Positions 38,291-50,779 of a stretch of 64,000 bases of DNA are shown here, piece after piece; position 1 is the stretch's first letter, and every line of letters starts with the position of its first letter. This stretch comes from Thalia democratica. Its lineage: Eukaryota. The stretch is from positions 2,418,001 to 2,482,000 of the forward strand of contig OZ241827.1 in NCBI GenBank assembly GCA_965202585.1. Direction: 5' to 3'. The position numbers were made by a program, and so were the translations under genes. The notes below the pieces were generated by a model, which was given only the letters and a program-made list of their open reading frames with translations, had not been told where the DNA came from and ran no database searches.

Positions 38291-39464
38291 CAGGTTTGCC
38301 ACTCGGTCAGGAAAAGTCAGGAAATCAGGAAAAGTCAGGAAAAATTTTTAAAAATGACAAAAATCAGGAAAAGTCAGGAAAAAAGGGTGGTTTCGAAAAA
38401 AAGTCAGGAAATTCGATAAAATTAAAAAAAAAGTCAGATTTTTGTCAGTTTAAATTTACAAAATTTCTTGTTTTCTAAAGCCTTCAAATGGTAAAAACTA
38501 ATTAAAAGTCCTTTAAAGTCAGAAAAAGTTCAAAACTTTTCCTAGAAATTTACAAAAATATTTAATTTTATTTCCACCTTCATTTGGTATAAATTAGTAA
38601 AATATCCTTTATAAAACTGCAAAAAGTTTTCTGTTAACTTATTGAACAAGTACCCTACTTGAACAAGCAGATTTTGTAAGCTTTTTAGTAATGATGATCT
38701 GTAGCAAGGACACTTCCATAATTAAACTGTGATATATACACACACGTTTATCTAGCATAATTTTAGAATCAAAATGTATTTTATTTAAGTAAATAATTGA
38801 GTTCTTTATAACTAAGCACTTAGTTTAGTATTTTATGTAACAAGTTAATTTGCATACTGAAGCGGAATGCAGACCAGATGAAGGAAACCATATCTTCATT
38901 AGATGAAGAGGTTAAAGTGCTAATAAAAAAATGGAAAATATAAATTTTAGTACATACATTTAAAAAAACAGTATTTGATTAAGTTCTTTATTGTTTTAAT
39001 GTTTTGACTGTAAAAGTTCATTATTTTTTTAAGATTTTAGTTGTGAAACTTTGTTATTAATTCAAGGTTTTAATTGTAAAAGTTCCTTATATGTCGTTTG
39101 TTTATCTAGATACATTTATGCTAGGAAATGCTAAAAAATTGTGAATTTTTTCAGACAAGCTGTAATTATAAGGTAATTATACAAGTATGTTGCTGATATT
39201 TTTATTACAAAGATCAATCATACACAGATGGTTCAAATGATGTACTGGAAGTTTGATGGTAGAATTCAGCAAAAAACTGTTGTTTTTAACTGTATCAAAA
39301 TTAGATTGAAAGCTTTATATAGATTCAGGTTTAAAATTATGCACTTAAAAAAAAGTTTATTTTAAGAGTTTGATTAAGAAAAGTCAGGAAAATTTTAGTA
39401 AAAAGTCAGGAAAAAGTCAGGAAAAGTCGGAAAATTTTTCTCAGCTTGATCAGGTGCAACCATG
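38291..39464. mobile_element. Second copy of subfamily B element, inverted relative to 9900-11393, internally deleted
   Basis: Collinear with the reverse complement of 9900-11393, same CATG-variant end, perfect 6-bp TSD ACTACA. Lacks roughly 350 bp including most of the ORF. Confidence 0.92.
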
Positions 39465-42115
39465 ACTACAGCGCGTGCCTAACAACTCTCTCGTTTTAAC
39501 AGCTTTAAATAAGTTAAAAACAAATTATGACAAGTCTGCTCGTTATGAATAATTTTACAGGAACATTTTTGTTTTTGTTTGTTTTAATTTAGCAGTGTCA
39601 AGCTTTTACTAATTTGCATGACAGAAAAGTTATTTCTTTTTGATCTAACAAAACACATAAGGAGTTTTTAACAATATAGTTCTATATAATATTTATACAC
39701 AATAATATAGCTAACGCTAGTTTATTTTAAAATATATATGAATACAATAACAACAGTTTGTTAATTCTAAACATTAAAATGATTTAATATTTTCTTTACG
39801 ATAAAAATGTTTTAATAAAAATATAAACATATTTGGAAAACGGGAGTTACGTTAAATTCACTTTTAAAAAGAAAACTACATTAGCTTTGTTGTTTTTCGT
39901 AATTGAACTTTATAAGAAAAAAATGTATTCAAAAGTTAAAAACATTTTTTAATATTTCAAAAGAAAACATTTGTAAAACTAAAAACTTTTGTTTGTTTTT
40001 TTTAAACTATTGTAATCGTTGCATACTCCAGAAACTACACTTTTTCTTCTAATATTGTAGAAGCTGCACTTTCTCTTACTTCTTTTATTTTTGCAATTTG
40101 TTTTTATTTTAATTCTTTAGAATCAGGTTCAAAACAAGAGTGTCTTTAAAAAATAGTAGACACTCCCAATAGTATAATTGCTATTGTCTCCAAAATTGAG
40201 AAAAAGTAAATTTTGTCTGTTACGTCACTATGTTTTTCAATAATTGAAATTTATCGAACACTAACAAGTTTTAAAGTACAAATTTGCTAACAACTATTTA
40301 GTCGTAATACTTATTAAACACTAAGCTCGGCAGCAAATTGTATATTTACAATTTGTATATTTTTATAAAAGTTTATCGCAGGCCGAATTTACTGAAATAT
40401 TTATCGTAATCATTTAAAAAAAAAACTATTTTGACAATATGAGCAATATTTTAGCTCGCGTAAGAACTAACTATTAATTTAGGAGTTTATTTTAAAATTT
40501 AGCCATAACTTTGTTGTACACCTTTAATGTGTTTTGTTTAGCTAAAAAGTACATCGCAAGCTGCAATCTAATATTTTTTACTTAGTTAGTTAACGAAAGT
40601 TTAAAAGAACTAAAATATCTATAAAACCATGCCAGATAAACAAAAAAGTTATTAAAAGTATTTAAAAAAGCACATTATGCTAATATTTTAATAAAAATTA
40701 TCTTAACAAAAAATGTTTATACAACTATTTTACTTAAGTTTTTGAAAGTATAACTTACTATTTTATAAACTTTGATATAACGTTATAACTATCTTTATTT
40801 CAACCTTTAAACTAAACTTAAAAAACAGAGTTTGATTTTAAACTTTACTCTTTAAGTTTTTTTTACAAACTACATAAGTCAGTGTTTTGTAAGAAACATG
40901 TTAAAAAAAGTATATATATTTTTTCGTTAAGATAAAAATAACTTGCTAAATAATTTTTTGTAAAACAAACAGTAAAAAATTTTGGTAAATGTTTATACTT
41001 AAATAAGTTTGCTATAGAAAATAGTCTAATTGTTATCATTGGTGGCAAAAATATAAGTAATCTACCTTAACTTGATAAGTAACTTTTTCAAAGAGTTTGT
41101 TTAAAAAACATTTTTTAATTAAGTAACTTTTTTTTGTTAAACTTACAGTTGTTAACGACAATCATTCTTACATAAGAAAAAGCCGTAGAAATTACTGAAT
41201 TATATATTTTTTTAAGTAGGGGTTGTTGCTTAATGTTAAATCCCGTAGACAGTTTGAGTTAGAAGAAATAAATTACCATGTGTAAAGTATACTACTTGTG
41301 TTTTAATAATAAATATTTTATTATTCCTTAGTGAATAAAACTTTACTGCTCAGTGGACTGATATTTTGTAGAAACTTTATATAAATAAATACATTACAAG
41401 CCAGAAATTTTTTTCAAGGTGCCCATCTCTAAACTTAACACCAGTCACCTGACCCAAAGCAGCTTATCAAAAATAAAAAATAAAAATTTTGATATGTGCA
41501 TTAAACTTTTAATAATTTTCTATCAAACAGCTGCTTATAGCCGAAATATTACAAAGCTACAAAACTTAAAGTTTGTTCTTAAACTTATGACCAAATTTTG
41601 CATCGCGAATAAATAAAAAATACCAAAACAAAAGGTTTTATTTATAAAAGTATATTTTACAACCCTACTTGATCATACTTATATAAATTAAGTTAAAACT
41701 TTGAAAAAAAAATCAGCTAAAAAAATCCTAAAGGTATTACTTTAAAAAACTACTTTTAGTAAAAAAATTTTTCTTGGATATTTAAAAACACTTTTAAATT
41801 TAACTGTTAAAATTTCTTCATTGCTATGAACAGTTTGTTGGTAATAATATACGCCACTGTTTAATTTTCCGGTATTTCGATAGTGACATTTCAACTTTTG
41901 CAAACTCATTCTGGTCTGTATGAGTAACGCATGCCAACAAACTATAATTTTTTGTTTACATTTTATACTTCACCATTAAATATACATAATATACTTAAGA
42001 TGTATGAATATAATAATTATACATGCTTTTTTTCTAATGTGTGTTAATATTTTCAAGATTCCGTAGATCTGTTTTTTAATTTACTTGAGAGCAGTGAAAC
42101 GCGGTTAGTCGGAAT

Positions 42116-43889
42116 TAGTGATGTACCGGACTCACTATCCGGGTCCGGGTCCGGCCGGATATTGCTATTTTTGTCTGATATCCGGATCCGGCCGGATTCT
42201 AATTTGAAAAAAAAGTCCGGATCCGGTTCCGGCCGGATTCTAATTTGAAAAAAAAGTCCGGGTCCGGTTCCGGCCGGATTCTAATTTAGAAAAAAAGTCC
42301 GGATCCGGGTCCGGCCGGATCCTAACAGAGATCCGGCCGGACCCGGATCTTGCTAGTCAAAAAGAGCATACTGAAAAGTATTATTTCAAAAACAAACCCT
42401 GTGTAAATTAATAAGAGTCATTTTCGTCAGTTAAAATTAAACACCTACCGTGATTGGCTCATTTTGTACACGTGACTAATTTACACTTGTTTACATTTAA
42501 ACTATGAAGTAAACATTTCATGAAATGCAACTCTTTACATATTTTTAAAATTGAAAACTTTGGAACGAATACTTTCATTATTTATTGTTTAAAGTTGAGC
42601 TCAGAGAATATTTAGAGTTAATACGCTTGAATGTACGAGCCAATGAGAGTCATATGACGAAATGTTTCAAACTAAATACTGATGCAACAAAACATCAGAA
42701 CATGACAGGCAGTTTATATGTAAGCAGTTAGTTAGTTTGGTGTGTAGCTTGAAGCAACAAAATATTTTGAACGTTTTTGTGAATGCTTATTGTAAGTAGT
42801 GTTTTGTTTTAAAAGTGAATATTTCAACAGGTGTTTAATTGTTTAAATTTTTAAGCCAGGTTTATAGTTTAATAGTTTATTAAAAATTTTACAGTTTCTT
42901 GTTTACTTAAAGTTTTATTTAATTTTGAGTTTTTTATTTTAAGTCTTTTGATATAGATTAAAATGTTTTTAAAGTGTTACCAAAGTAATTTATAGTTTTG
43001 TATATGCTAGTATTTCTTGTTGTGTTTTATATAAAAGATTCATCACTCAAAACTGTCGTGTCTGATTATTGAAAGTAGTCTCAGTTAGAATTTAGTATTT
43101 GTTAGATATTAATTAAATAAGGTAGGATTTAATTATGAAGGGTAGTACTAATAAGTTAAGTGTACCACAATCAGTTCACAACTTTACTTCCAAATTGTCA
43201 ACCTTTGCTAGCTGTTCTACTGATTATTAGATCAAAGTAATTTTTTCAGTTTTTAAAAACCTCATTCTGACTCAGGCTTGTTTATACTCAATCTAGCTAG
43301 TTTTATTGACTTTAACAATGGCAACCCTGCTAGTTTAAAAATTTTTGGGAATTTTAGAAAATCTTGGATTGCCTCAGGCTAGTTTAATTTTTAAAAAAAC
43401 TCAGGCTAGTTTTTTAGATTCTGAATGAGTTGAGCTGATCCAGTTTTCAATATTTTGTAATTTTCTAGTGTATTTTGTACAAGAACTTGATTTCAGATTT
43501 TTACTTGTAAATAACACCTAAATTTGTAAACCTTGTGGCTAGCTGTTCTACTTATTATTAGATTAAAGTTCTTTTTTTTTCAGTTTTGAAAAACCTCATT
43601 CTGACTCAGGCTAGTTTATTCTAGTGGTGTACCAGTCTCACTATCCGGGTCCGGCCGGATATTGCCATTTTTGTCTGATATCCGGATCCGGCCGGATTCT
43701 AATTTGAAAAAAAAGTTCGGATCCGGTTCCGGCCGGACTCTAATTTGAAAAAAAAGTCCGGATCCGGTTCCGGCCGGATTCTTATTTGAAAAAATAGTCC
43801 GGATCCGGTTCCGGCCGGATTCTAATTTGAAAAAAAAGTCCGGGTCCGGGTCCGGCCGGACCCAAAATTGTGGGTCCGGTACATCACTA
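42116..43889. mobile_element. Composite hAT-like element with duplicated left end and ~1.26-kb internal cargo
   Basis: TIR TAGTGATGTACCGGA / TCCGGTACATCACTA, exact 8-bp TSD GTCGGAAT at 42108-42115 and 43890-43897, CCGGATCCGG subterminal arrays at 42135-42350 and 43640-43860. Confidence 0.88.
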
Positions 43890-45617
43890 GTCGGAATAAA
43901 GTTTTAACACAAAAACATCTGTGGCATAATATACTTAATTACAATAATTCAATCGAATTTACTAAGATATGAAAAAAGTAACAGCTTAAATAACTTTAAT
44001 ATTCAATAAATGGCGAGTGGTAGTTTAAACTTTTTAATTTTTTCATATCTTAGTAGAATTTATTGAGTTATTGTAATTAAGTTGAGTAAAAAAATATTTT
44101 TATTTAAATTTCACTGATTTTAAAAACTTACCAATTCTTTCTTTAACATTTACATTAAAAAGCAATATGTCACTAAATTTTAATGTTGTTTTATATCTCA
44201 AATTGATGCAGAATTATATTAATGATATAAACAATACTTTGATTACTTTGTCTAATGACACGTACAACTAAGCGTCTTTTAAACTCTAAACGTCGACTGT
44301 ACAACATATATCAACTCAAATTTTTATTAAAAACAATTATTTCTTAAATGGTAAACAAGTATGTGCAAAATTCAAAATTGTTCTTGGTGTTTGCAAAAAT
44401 GAGTTCATTACTTTTAAGCAAGGTCTCTACGTACAACAGTACTTTTTTGTAAACTAGAATTTCAAAAATTATAATGAGCACATAAACACTAATAAATAAA
44501 AAAATACCTAAAATCTTTTCTTTTCTAAACAAACTTAAAGCATATTTTTTTTTGAATTTTAATATCAATTTATAAAAGTTCTTATTACTATTTACATTGC
44601 TTTCTATCATTCTATTACTGTACACATTTAAGCTTTATTTTCACGAAAATTCAAAAGGTGTAAAATACTACCGAATATATCAGATTCAACGAACACTTTG
44701 AAACTAAAGAACAATACTTTATAATAAAAGCAACTCTAAACAATACGTTTGTTAAGTTTGCATTAAAATTCGATCATAAAATACCACCAATCTAAAATTT
44801 TTATTATTAAAGTTACTTTAGTGTATAATAAAATAACAAGTTTAATTTTTTTTTCAAGACAAGATTACCAGCTATAAAGATTGTGGATTAGTTAAAATAA
44901 ATAAATAATGTGGCTGTAGAATATTTTAAATCCCAACTATAATTTATGAATAAATTTCTAATACTTATTAAAACTTAAGGCTTTTCTACATATATAAATT
45001 TATTCTATAATAAGGAAGTAAAATGATACACTTATAAGAATTGTAAAGACCTGCAGTTTAGAATGAAATAAAAGTTGAATTCAAAACTATAAACAATGTT
45101 ATACATAAGAGACATATGTTTTAAGAATGCTAAAACTAGAATTAGATCAATTACTTAAACTTTAAACCTTAAACCAGTTTAAAAAACAAACAATCTTTGA
45201 ACATAAACTCTACAATAAATAACGTGAAAATATTTAAGTTTAATTACTAGAACCGTATAATCACACTAAAACAAATTGCATGAAGGTTTGGGCAGAAAAA
45301 ATGCTTTCTGCCGCTTATTTATAGCTCTGTTCTAAACTTGTACAAACGTTGGGTCAAACATCTTACAATTCGGTTGACTAATTTTATATTATTCGATACT
45401 CAACTAAATGAAATAGCAAGTAAAACTGGTGTTTCATTACAGCTCTAAAATATCAGTCTTCGTTTTATTGTAATCGATTCTACTTCAAAATGGGAGATTA
45501 AAAAGATTTAAAATATATACATTATTATTTACTAAAAAGCTTTTGTATAGTTATAAATATGTACAATTTAAATGTTATAAACATCGTTTTCAATAACTAA
45601 ATCTTGTTTGGTCAGTT

Positions 45618-46447
45618 GCAGCAAAAAATCGCTTTAGTTGTAAATCACCTTGAATAAAATAAAACTTTTAATTTCATGTGTTTTAATACTTTTAAATCTT
45701 AATCACTTTATTACTTCTTGATTGAAACTTTTAAAAATCTTGTTGTTGTTTATACTTTTACGCATTTAGATCGTCATGTGTCTAATATTGATAAATAGAG
45801 ATTAAAATTAATCTATAACAACTAATTTTGAAGAAATTTAGTTTATTAAACAATTAGTCAAACTTTTCAAAAAAAAAAACACTTACATAAATTGTTTTTG
45901 TGATCAAAACATAACGATTGCAGTTAACATTCTGCTTCGATTTATTTTACTGATTAACTAAGCTGTTGTTTACTTTTTACTAGCTGTTGTCAGTTTTTTA
46001 TTTGTTTAAAAGAAAAAAAAAAATTTATGAGCTTTATTTTTGTTTACTTTGACTGTAGAATATCAAAGCTGGTACAATTACATTTTTATACATTAATTAT
46101 ACTTTTGTTAGTAAACTGCTTTTTTAGATCTGAATTAAATTATTGAACTTGCTTACATATTAGACTATTTTATTTAAAGTTAACTGATAACCGATATTTG
46201 TTTTTTATACTTTGTTATCGTTTTTAAAGCCTGAGGCAAAATAAAAAATGTTTTTCAAAAGTTTGAGCTTCTAAATTTTATATTAAAAGGAGTCAATTGA
46301 GAAAAGCAAACTATTATTTTTGTTACTTGCTAGAAAGAATTAACCAAAAGTTGAATTTATAGTGGTTAAAATGCATTTAATCTATATACATATATATGTT
46401 AACAAACATTTGTACCATTTAAGCTATCAACATAAACAAAACTTGAT
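45618..46447 (+). repeat. Dispersed repeat, copy 1 (direct orientation to 49452-50224)
   Basis: Collinear blocks, e.g. AGTTGTAAATCACC.AGAATAAAATAAAAC, GGAGTCAATTGAGAAAAGCAAACTATT and CAACATAAACAAAACTTGAT, present in both copies. Confidence 0.88.
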
Positions 46448-46743
46448 CAACTTTAGATCAACGTATGTGACTTATGCTTTATCACTAACATAAAACTTGT
46501 TTTTTACAATGATCTACAATGATAAAAGAATAATTTAAACACTTCTTTAATCCAAATCTTTAATTTGAATTTTCCAGAGACTCATTTTAAAAGTTAGACT
46601 AAAACTTGTTTGAAAAGGACCTGTAAACCAGATAAAGCAATCTTGGATTAGCGCTTTTTATTATAAGCATTTACTTATTTTTTTCAACATATATAATTTT
46701 ACAAAATAAAATTTATTTAAAATTCGTTTTTTAAAAAAGTTAA

Positions 46744-46813
46744 ACCACGATTTGAACCTGAGACCTTTTGATTACTTTTCATGACCAATACGGGTGTCTT
46801 ACCAAGCGTGAAC
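46744..46813 (-). pseudogene. Degenerate tRNA-like sequence or SINE head
   Basis: The minus strand has an A-box-like GCTTGGTAAG and a B-box GGTTCAAATC with a partial T-stem; there is no complete cloverleaf. Confidence 0.4.
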
Positions 46814-49451
46814 TTTTTTCCTTTAAATATGAACCGGTTTTTACTGGTTTACCAAGCATCACTGAACACAAAAAATATACTTAAGTAATATTTTTCAAAG
46901 TTCAACTCAAACTAATTTAAGACTATATGTAAGCTAATAAGTCAATGGAGCAACAAAATAATAGAAAGTTAATAATAACAGATCGATAACTTTCGAACTA
47001 ACTAAAGAAGGTATGTAAACAAAAATAAAAAAGCTACTTAACTAAAAAAGAAAATAACTTTAAAAAATATGTTATATTTTAGTTTAAACTTTAAATTGAA
47101 AAAACGATTATGTATAATGTATAGTATGTCTTACAAAACAATTTATTTACTAAATTTTCTATATATATTTTTTATATTGTTTTGAATAAAATTACACTTT
47201 TTTTTAAACTTTTTGAAGAAGATACTGTATATCAGGTAACGATCTTTTTTTTTGAATCTTTTCTTTTCGTTTTTTAATTTAGGTTTAGATGAATTAATAA
47301 ACTAATAATACTTTTACTTGGTAAACAACAACAACCGAACATATAGTTTATTTTGTAAACAGTTACTCGGATGATTGAAAAATAACTTTAATTTGTTTAT
47401 TTAAAAAGTTTCTAAAAATACTTTTAATTTTTTTCTCGATCATTTGTAAAGTAGAAATTATTTAAAAGAAAATTTGTGTTGTACAGTAATTTTTTAAATT
47501 TTTGCAAATAGTTAATTTTTGAATAATGAACTTTGTGTCCTAAATAGCAATTGGTTTTTAAAGTTTTTAAAATTCAAATTAAAAAAAAGTACAGTAAAAA
47601 TAATTTTAAAAGGTTATTTATATAAAAAAGCAAAAAAAAACTACTGCATTATAAAAACATTTCGATCTACAGTTTTTAAAAATGACTCTTTAATTTTTTT
47701 TCTTAAAACAATATAATCATTAATTTTTACCTTAGGGTTACACATTATTGTTGATTGAGTGTTTGTAGTTTTACGACTGTTAAAAAAAGTTAAGCTTTTC
47801 AGGAAAAAGTAAATATTTAATAAATTTAGTGACATAAATCTAGTTTCAAACTAAATTTATTTCTTGTACATTGTTTTGTATAGTTTAGGATATTTTCAAC
47901 TTTCAAGTTGTTTTTGAACTTTGTTTGTTTTGGTTGTTATCATTGTTATTCCAAAACAATAATATTTTGTCCTCAGTGAACCATTAAACCTGCATTAAAA
48001 ACTGATGCATATTCAAAGGAAAAAAAGTTCATGTTTGGCAAGACACCCATAAATACTGATCAACAATTGTGAGATAGTATTTATAAAATCTAATAGTTAT
48101 ACCTATTTACATTCAAAATAAATATCTGAAACTAAAATAAAATGCTAAACAAAATAATAAAGCTTATAAGGCTAAATTAAACTTCCTAAACTTCCTCTGA
48201 AGTAGCATTACGAACCCCTACAATAAAAGTTAATTAGTTACTTTTACTAACGGCCAATACTGACTTAAGTTCCTTAATTTAAGATATTTTTTTCATTTAC
48301 TTTTTTGTTATAATATTTAACATGATACAAGTTTTTTTCTGGTTTTATTTATTGTAGACAAAAAAAAATTAAAACGATGAAAAAAAAAAAAAACACATCA
48401 AGCTTAAAGTTTAATAAATTGTTAAAATAAAGTTATTTATCGACGATAAATACTGATCCATAGTCGTAAGATAATACTTATAATGTTCAAAATAAATGTC
48501 TTAAAATAAGCTAAGGTTGTTAAAAGTTATCATTTATGACTATGTACTATTTATACTGACGCTAGAAATACTGTCTTTAGACCGATGGTCGTCTAGGTGT
48601 ACACGAGACTTTTTTTGAGTTGCACGATATTTTTATATCTCATATGGATATACGAAACTCATTTAGGGGTGCACAAAATTTTGAGATTACACAAAAAAAT
48701 TCAATTTTCTACTATTATATTTATCTAGCTTAAGCGTCATAGTTCAATATGAAAGTTAAAACGAGTCCTGTTGCTTAGTTTAGATTTTAGTTTATAGGCC
48801 ATTTTGCTCTCATAATATATTTTTGTATTAAATCTCACATATCTTTCTTTATATAAAAAATGTTGTTGAAAAACAAACTGAAGCTGACAGAATATAAAAC
48901 GGTCAAAACTTTTGTTAACTCCATTGACTGTTGCAGAGGAAGCTGTCATCATGACTAAAGGACCAAATTAATACGGTTAGAGTTTTCTTAATATTAGTAA
49001 ACTACAATATTTAGCTTAGTAAAGAAAGTTTCCTTTTTTATCAATATTACACAATTTTTTAACTAAACAGTTATTCCTATAAGGGTATTCACATGATAAT
49101 AGTAATTATAATGATATTATTAATTAGTAATTAATTATTAAAATTTAACGCTAACTTTTATATTTACAGAAAAATTTAAGAATTTAGAATTTATGTTAAA
49201 CAAAAAAAAATTTAAACAAGATAAAAAATAATTAAAGTATATTAACAATTCTCTTTAAATAGATTTATGGTATTAATAATGAATAAAACTTAAATTACAA
49301 CTTTAAGGTTTGAATAATTCCAATTAAGAAATTATTATATTTTTTTGAACAATAGAATAGTACATATAAAATTTACAGAATTTATAGGCTTAAATTAACA
49401 AAGAGTTGTCAAACACTGGGGCTAGTTTGAAAACCTAGGTTATATAAAAAA

Positions 49452-50224
49452 CCCAAGCAGTAAAAAATTCTTAAAGTTGTAAATCACCTAGAATAAAATA
49501 AAACTTTAAGTTATATGTATTTTAATACTTTTAAATCTTAATTACTATAATTGAAACTTTTTAAAATCTTGTTGTTGTTTATACTTTTATGCATTTAGAT
49601 CGTCTAATATTGATAAGTAGAGATTAAAAATTAACTTATAGCAACTAATTTTGAAGAAGTTTAGTTTATTTAACAACTAGGCAAAATTTTCAATAAAAAG
49701 TTACATAAATTGTTTTCGTGCTCAAAATATCTGCGTTGATTTATTATTAACTTAACGTTATATTTGTTTAAGGGTTTTTGTGGTTGAACAAGAGAAAAAA
49801 TCCCAGTTTTAAGCTTTATTTTTATTTACTTTTTTAATTTGTTTGCTGACTATCAAAACTTGAATGTATACATAATTATACATTAGTTATACTTTAGTTT
49901 GTAAAGTGTTTTTTAGATCTGAATTAAATTATTTAACTTGTTTAAATAGACGACTACTTTATTTAAAGTTAGTTAATTGAATAAAACTTATTTTGTATAC
50001 CTTGTTATCGTTTTAAAAGCCTAAAACAAAATAAAAATTGTTTTTCAAAAGTTTGAGCTTTTAAATTTTATGTTAAAAGGAGTCAATTGAGAAAAGCAAA
50101 CTATTATTTTTGTTACTTACTAAAATAAATTAACAACAAGTTAAATTTATAGTGGTTGAAATGCATTTAATCTTTATATATATATATATATATATATATG
50201 CTACCAACATAAACAAAACTTGAT
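49452..50224 (+). repeat. Dispersed repeat, copy 2, starting with the CCCAAGCAGTAAAA terminus
   Basis: As above; includes a (TA)n tract at ~50175-50198. Confidence 0.88.
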
Positions 50225-50229
50225 GACAT

Positions 50230-50600
50230 TGGGATGCACCGATTTTATTTTTGCAGCCACTTTTGTAAACATAATTTTATTAGCCTGACAACCACTGCTT
50301 TAGACCATAATTGCCAGAACATTTCAGCTATCAACTGTTCGATTAGTTTTACAGGGAAACTGTTAATAAGATATTTTAACCGTTGAGTGTCGCCCAAGAG
50401 CTATGTTAAAACTTTCATTTCTATTTTTAACTTCTAAGTTAAGGAGAGATTGTTCTTTGGAAATCATCGTGTTATGATTTTCTAAATCGCAACTTCGTTG
50501 ATGTTTTTTCTTGTTAGTTGGTTGTTTTCTACGATCATGTGTTGCTTGTTTGCAGATTTTACAGCAAAATTTTTACACTCGCCCTTTTTCAGAAATTTAA
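50230..50600 (-). pseudogene. Possible decayed transposase fragment
   Basis: Stop-interrupted minus-strand reading CKICKQATHDRR... and ...KIMFTKVAAKIKSVHPNV, loosely resembling the hAT catalytic-region segment that precedes HCxxH. Confidence 0.3.
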
Positions 50601-50779
50601 AATAATCGCATCAAATCACTAAAAACCCTAAAAATCTAGCGTAGGTCTGCCGCCTTATTCGTTATTAAACCTAATGTTTTAAAATGCCATCACTTCTTTC
50701 TAGTTAACACCAATGACTTATAAAAAAACCCAAGCAGTAAAACCCTGCTTTAGAAATTGTGTGTATTCAATCATGATTG

